The notes beneath the pieces were generated by a model. That model ran no database searches. It was not told where the DNA came from and saw nothing but the letters and a program-made list of their open reading frames with translations. This document shows, in pieces, positions 14,762-17,533 of a stretch of DNA of 17,533 nt. Origin of the DNA: Candidatus Firestoneibacteriota bacterium (GTDB lineage: Bacteria > Oederibacteriota > D2-FULL-39-29 > JBBTED01); the NCBI GenBank assembly GCA_038042445.1, contig JBBTED010000162.1:1-17533 (forward strand), written 5' to 3'. Both the position numbers and the translations under genes were made by a program. How positions within the stretch are numbered: the stretch's first letter is position 1; each line of letters opens with the position of its first letter.

Positions 14762-16189
14762 ATGATAAGCAAAATTATTACGGATGAACAGATAAATAAA
14801 ATTCACAAGTCTTCAGTGGAAATACTTGAACGTATAGGTGTTATTGTGCCTCATGAGGAAATGATAAATAAATTTATAGAAGCTGGGGCTATTGTAGATA
14901 GAAAAACACAATGTGTTAAGATTTCGGAAAAACTAATTATGAAATCGCTTGAACAATGTGGAAAACAATGGACAATTTATGGCCGTGATTTATCACAAAA
15001 GGCAAGTTTTGGTGTTGGCAAGCGAAACTATAATAGTAGTGCAGGTGAGGCATCATGGTTGGATGATATAGGCAAAAATCGTAGATATGCAACATTAAAT
15101 GATGTCCAAACTGCAACGCGTTTTTGTGATGCTTTGGATAATATAAATATTGTTGGTGCAATGGCAGACCCGCATGAATTTCCAATAGAATGGCGTAGCA
15201 TTGAAGTGGCAGCAACAATGATAAAAAATACAAATAAGCCAATAACTTTTTGGTTTCATAATCGTGTTGCTACAAAATATATAATAGAAATGTTAATTGC
15301 ATTGCGTGGTGATGTCCAAAAAGCAACTGAATATCCTTTGTGTTATCCATTTTTTGAACCTATTAGTCCTTTGCGATTTCCTTTTAATGGAATAGATTTA
15401 TTATTTGAGACAGCAAGAATTAATTTGCCGGTGCCAATTGGTCCTATGGCACAAATGGGTTTATCAGCTCCAGGGACAATTGCAGGAACACTTGTGCAGG
15501 AAAATGCAGAAATTCTTGCAGGTATTTGTATTACACAATTAATACGTCAGGGAATGCCTGTTTGTTATGGCGGGGTTTGTCATGCATTTGATATGTCTGC
15601 TACACAGATAATTTTTGCAGGTCCTGAACAGGCAATTCTTGGGGTTGCAATGACGCAAATGGGAAAATATTATGGGTTTCCTGTATATATTAATGTAGGA
15701 CTAACTGATTCAAAACGACTTGATGCACAAGCTGGTTTAGAAATTGCTTCTACTTTGGTTTTAGTCGCAGCAGCAGGAGCAGATATATTCGGGCATATGG
15801 GAATTTGTGGAGCGGATCAGACATCTTCATTAGATATTCTTGTTTTACAAAATGAAATAATTTCTTATATAGAAAGCGTGAATAGAGAAATTGATTTTAG
15901 TGACGAAGCAATTGGAATTAACGAAATTGCAGAGGTTAGATGCGGTGGTTCATTTATTGATAGAATGCATACAGCTTTGCATTTTAGAAAAGAGTTGTGG
16001 TTTCCGAAACTTCTAGATAGAAATTATTATCAAGTTTGGCTTGATAATGGAGCAAAAAGTATGGAAGAACGTTGTCGTCAACGCAAAGAAGAAATATTAG
16101 TTACACATTCTGTAGAACCAATTGCAAAAGATTTAGAAAAAAAATTAGATGATATTGTAGCTCACGCAAGACAGGAATTATACGAGTAA
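14762..16189 (+). CDS. Trimethylamine methyltransferase (MttB)-superfamily protein, non-pyrrolysine
   Basis: IHKSSVEILERIGV, PISPLRF, APGTIAGTLVQENAEILAGICITQLIRQGMPVCYG, GLTDSKRLDAQAGLE, GGSFIDRMHT...FRKELWFPKLLDR; no in-frame TAG. Confidence 0.92.
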   Translation: MISKIITDEQINKIHKSSVEILERIGVIVPHEEMINKFIEAGAIVDRKTQCVKISEKLIMKSLEQCGKQWTIYGRDLSQKASFGVGKRNYNSSAGEASWLDDIGKNRRYATLNDVQTATRFCDALDNINIVGAMADPHEFPIEWRSIEVAATMIKNTNKPITFWFHNRVATKYIIEMLIALRGDVQKATEYPLCYPFFEPISPLRFPFNGIDLLFETARINLPVPIGPMAQMGLSAPGTIAGTLVQENAEILAGICITQLIRQGMPVCYGGVCHAFDMSATQIIFAGPEQAILGVAMTQMGKYYGFPVYINVGLTDSKRLDAQAGLEIASTLVLVAAAGADIFGHMGICGADQTSSLDILVLQNEIISYIESVNREIDFSDEAIGINEIAEVRCGGSFIDRMHTALHFRKELWFPKLLDRNYYQVWLDNGAKSMEERCRQRKEEILVTHSVEPIAKDLEKKLDDIVAHARQELYE

Positions 16190-16197
16190 TAAATCTG

Positions 16198-16227
16198 TTT
16201 ACAAACGTCATTATTCTTTCGTATAAT
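16198..16227 (+). promoter_or_regulatory. Possible internal promoter upstream of the SBP gene
   Basis: TTTACA (16198-16203)-N18-TATAAT (16222-16227). Confidence 0.4.
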
Positions 16228-16359
16228 CAGTGGGGTTTTAGAGAAATGGGGACAGAAAAGTATTTGAAGTGTGTTAAAGAGCTTGGGTTTGCTGGTGTGG
16301 AAATACATGTGGATTCAGATCCAAAAGAGGCGATAAATTCATTCTATGCGGAGGGATAA
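16207..16359 (+). pseudogene. N-terminal remnant of a sugar phosphate isomerase/epimerase (xylose-isomerase-like TIM barrel)
   Basis: Reads VIILSYNQWGFREMGTEKYLKCVKELGFAGVEIHVDSDPKEAINSFYAEG*; KELGFAGVEI matches the family's N-terminal LGFDGVEL motif; stops at 16357-16359 after about 50 codons. Confidence 0.65.
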
Positions 16360-16370
16360 AGGGGGATTTT
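16351..16370 (+). repeat. Half copy (G-rich arm only) of the CCCCC/GGGGG repeat
   Basis: GAGGGATAAAGGGGGATTTT compared with GGGGGATGAAGGGGGATTT in the 13607 copy and GGGGATTAAAGGGGGTTTT in the 6106 copy. Confidence 0.55.
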
Positions 16371-16373
16371 AAA

Positions 16374-17533
16374 GTGAAGAAGAAAAATATATTTGCTATA
16401 GGACTACTTGTTGTATTTGCAATATGTATTTTAAGTATATCCTGTACAAAAGATAGCAAAAGTTCTAAACGTGTGGTTTTAAAATATGCAGTTAGAGGAA
16501 GTGCCAGTGATTATAATACTGTTAAAGAGTTGGTAAAAGAATTTGAAAGACTTCATCCTGATATAGGATTAAGATTAATACCTATTACAGATTGGGCAAG
16601 ATATTTAGTAAAAGTTCAGACAATGGTTCTTTCAGGTGATTGTCCGGATATTATTGATATAGCAACAATGGAATATTATGTTTTAGCTGACAAAGATACA
16701 TTGTTAGATTTAACTGGTTTTATTAAAAATGATGCAGAATTTCAGGATAGAATGAAGAATGATTTTCATCCTAATCTTATGGAGGTTATTTTATTTAAAG
16801 GTAAATATGCTGCAATACCTGGGTGGTGTAATCCTATAATTATGTATTATAATAAAGATATATTTGACAAAGAAAAATTAAAATATCCGGATAGCACATG
16901 GGATTGGAATACATTTGTGAATAATTGCAAAAAATTGACTAAGGATTTTAATAATGACGGTAGAATTGATCAATATGGAACAATAATATTTGGTGGAGGT
17001 GGGGCACACTTAATTTTAAAAATGAATGGAATAGAATTTATAAGTTCTGATGGTAAAAAATGCAATTTAGATAAGCCTCTTGCTATAGATGCTGTGAGAG
17101 GGTGGTATGATTTGATAAACAAATATCATGTAGCACCATCATTAGGGCAGGTAACAGAAATGCAGCCAGTTCCATTATTTATGACAGGTAAAATCGCAAT
17201 GTTGTGGTCAAATATTTATGCAGCTAGTGAGCTAAAAGCTGTAAAAACTTTTAAATGGGATATAGCAGTACTTCCAAAAGCAAAGCAAAGAGCAACAGTA
17301 AATGGGTTTATATTATGGGCCATTCCTACACAGACAAAACATCCTGCAGAAGCTTGGGAATTTATAAAGTTTTTAAATGGGCCTATAGGTCAGACAATAA
17401 GATTTAAATACAATGGAGATTTGTCTGTATTGAAATCAGTTGTGAAAAAAGAAGTAATTGATACAAATATAATATCAAAAAATGGAGATGTTATTACTGA
17501 AAGTTTGAAGTATTCGTATGTGCCGTATGCAGG
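16374..17533 (+). CDS. Carbohydrate ABC transporter solute-binding lipoprotein (CUT1 type), 3' end outside window
   Basis: Not in the track. GTG 16374 after GGGGG SD; MKKKNIFAIGLLVVFAICILSIS-C lipoprotein signal; EFERLHPDI, SGDCPDI, MYYNKDIFD, YPDSTWDW, LTKDFNNDGRIDQYG, FMTGKIAM, WDIAVLP, KHPAEAWEFIKFL. Confidence 0.92.
   Translation, partial: MKKKNIFAIGLLVVFAICILSISCTKDSKSSKRVVLKYAVRGSASDYNTVKELVKEFERLHPDIGLRLIPITDWARYLVKVQTMVLSGDCPDIIDIATMEYYVLADKDTLLDLTGFIKNDAEFQDRMKNDFHPNLMEVILFKGKYAAIPGWCNPIIMYYNKDIFDKEKLKYPDSTWDWNTFVNNCKKLTKDFNNDGRIDQYGTIIFGGGGAHLILKMNGIEFISSDGKKCNLDKPLAIDAVRGWYDLINKYHVAPSLGQVTEMQPVPLFMTGKIAMLWSNIYAASELKAVKTFKWDIAVLPKAKQRATVNGFILWAIPTQTKHPAEAWEFIKFLNGPIGQTIRFKYNGDLSVLKSVVKKEVIDTNIISKNGDVITESLKYSYVPYA

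Noticed and set aside
14762..16189. Pyrrolysine or selenocysteine recoding in the MttB homologue
   Set aside because: The ORF is uninterrupted and full length; the equivalent codon is CTA (Leu).
2325..16459. Short overlapping ORFs in the track (2325-2507, 2708-3103, 2913-3215, 3382-3594, 4459-4806, 5559-5807, 6821-7021, 8654-8845, 9471-9734, 9967-10173, 10911-11174, 11849-12076, 13552-13734, 13896-14099, 14465-14689, 14937-15242, 16274-16459)
   Set aside because: All are antisense or off-frame shadows of well-supported genes and show no recognisable motifs.

Overview
AT-rich bacterial chromosomal window (about 30% GC by eye; lineage not determinable, though the FlgD/T9SS-like C-terminal tail and DUF4159 protein suggest an uncultured diderm anaerobe). 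Left part (1-7133) holds envelope/secreted accessory genes: the 3' part of an O-antigen-ligase/TPR gene, a TIGR03790-family secreted protein, a tandem-DUF4159 protein, tRNA-Glu(CTC), a TPR lipoprotein, a small membrane-anchored Zn-ribbon protein and an XRE regulator. The middle (7292-11343) is a housekeeping run dapB-dapL-folK-deoxynucleoside kinase-panC. The right part (11410-17533) is the most interesting: an AraC regulator divergent from an operon of MDR dehydrogenase, Gfo/Idh/MocA oxidoreductase, non-pyrrolysine MttB-family methyltransferase, a truncated sugar isomerase/epimerase remnant and a sugar ABC solute-binding lipoprotein (the last two are not in the ORF track). This looks like an undescribed pathway coupling corrinoid-type demethylation to sugar/cyclitol catabolism. 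The window is also dense in small palindromic REP-like repeats of three families; some have entered coding sequences, one is nested in another, and some appear to supply ribosome-binding sites. No transposase, integrase or CRISPR array is visible. All family assignments come from motif recognition, not database searches.
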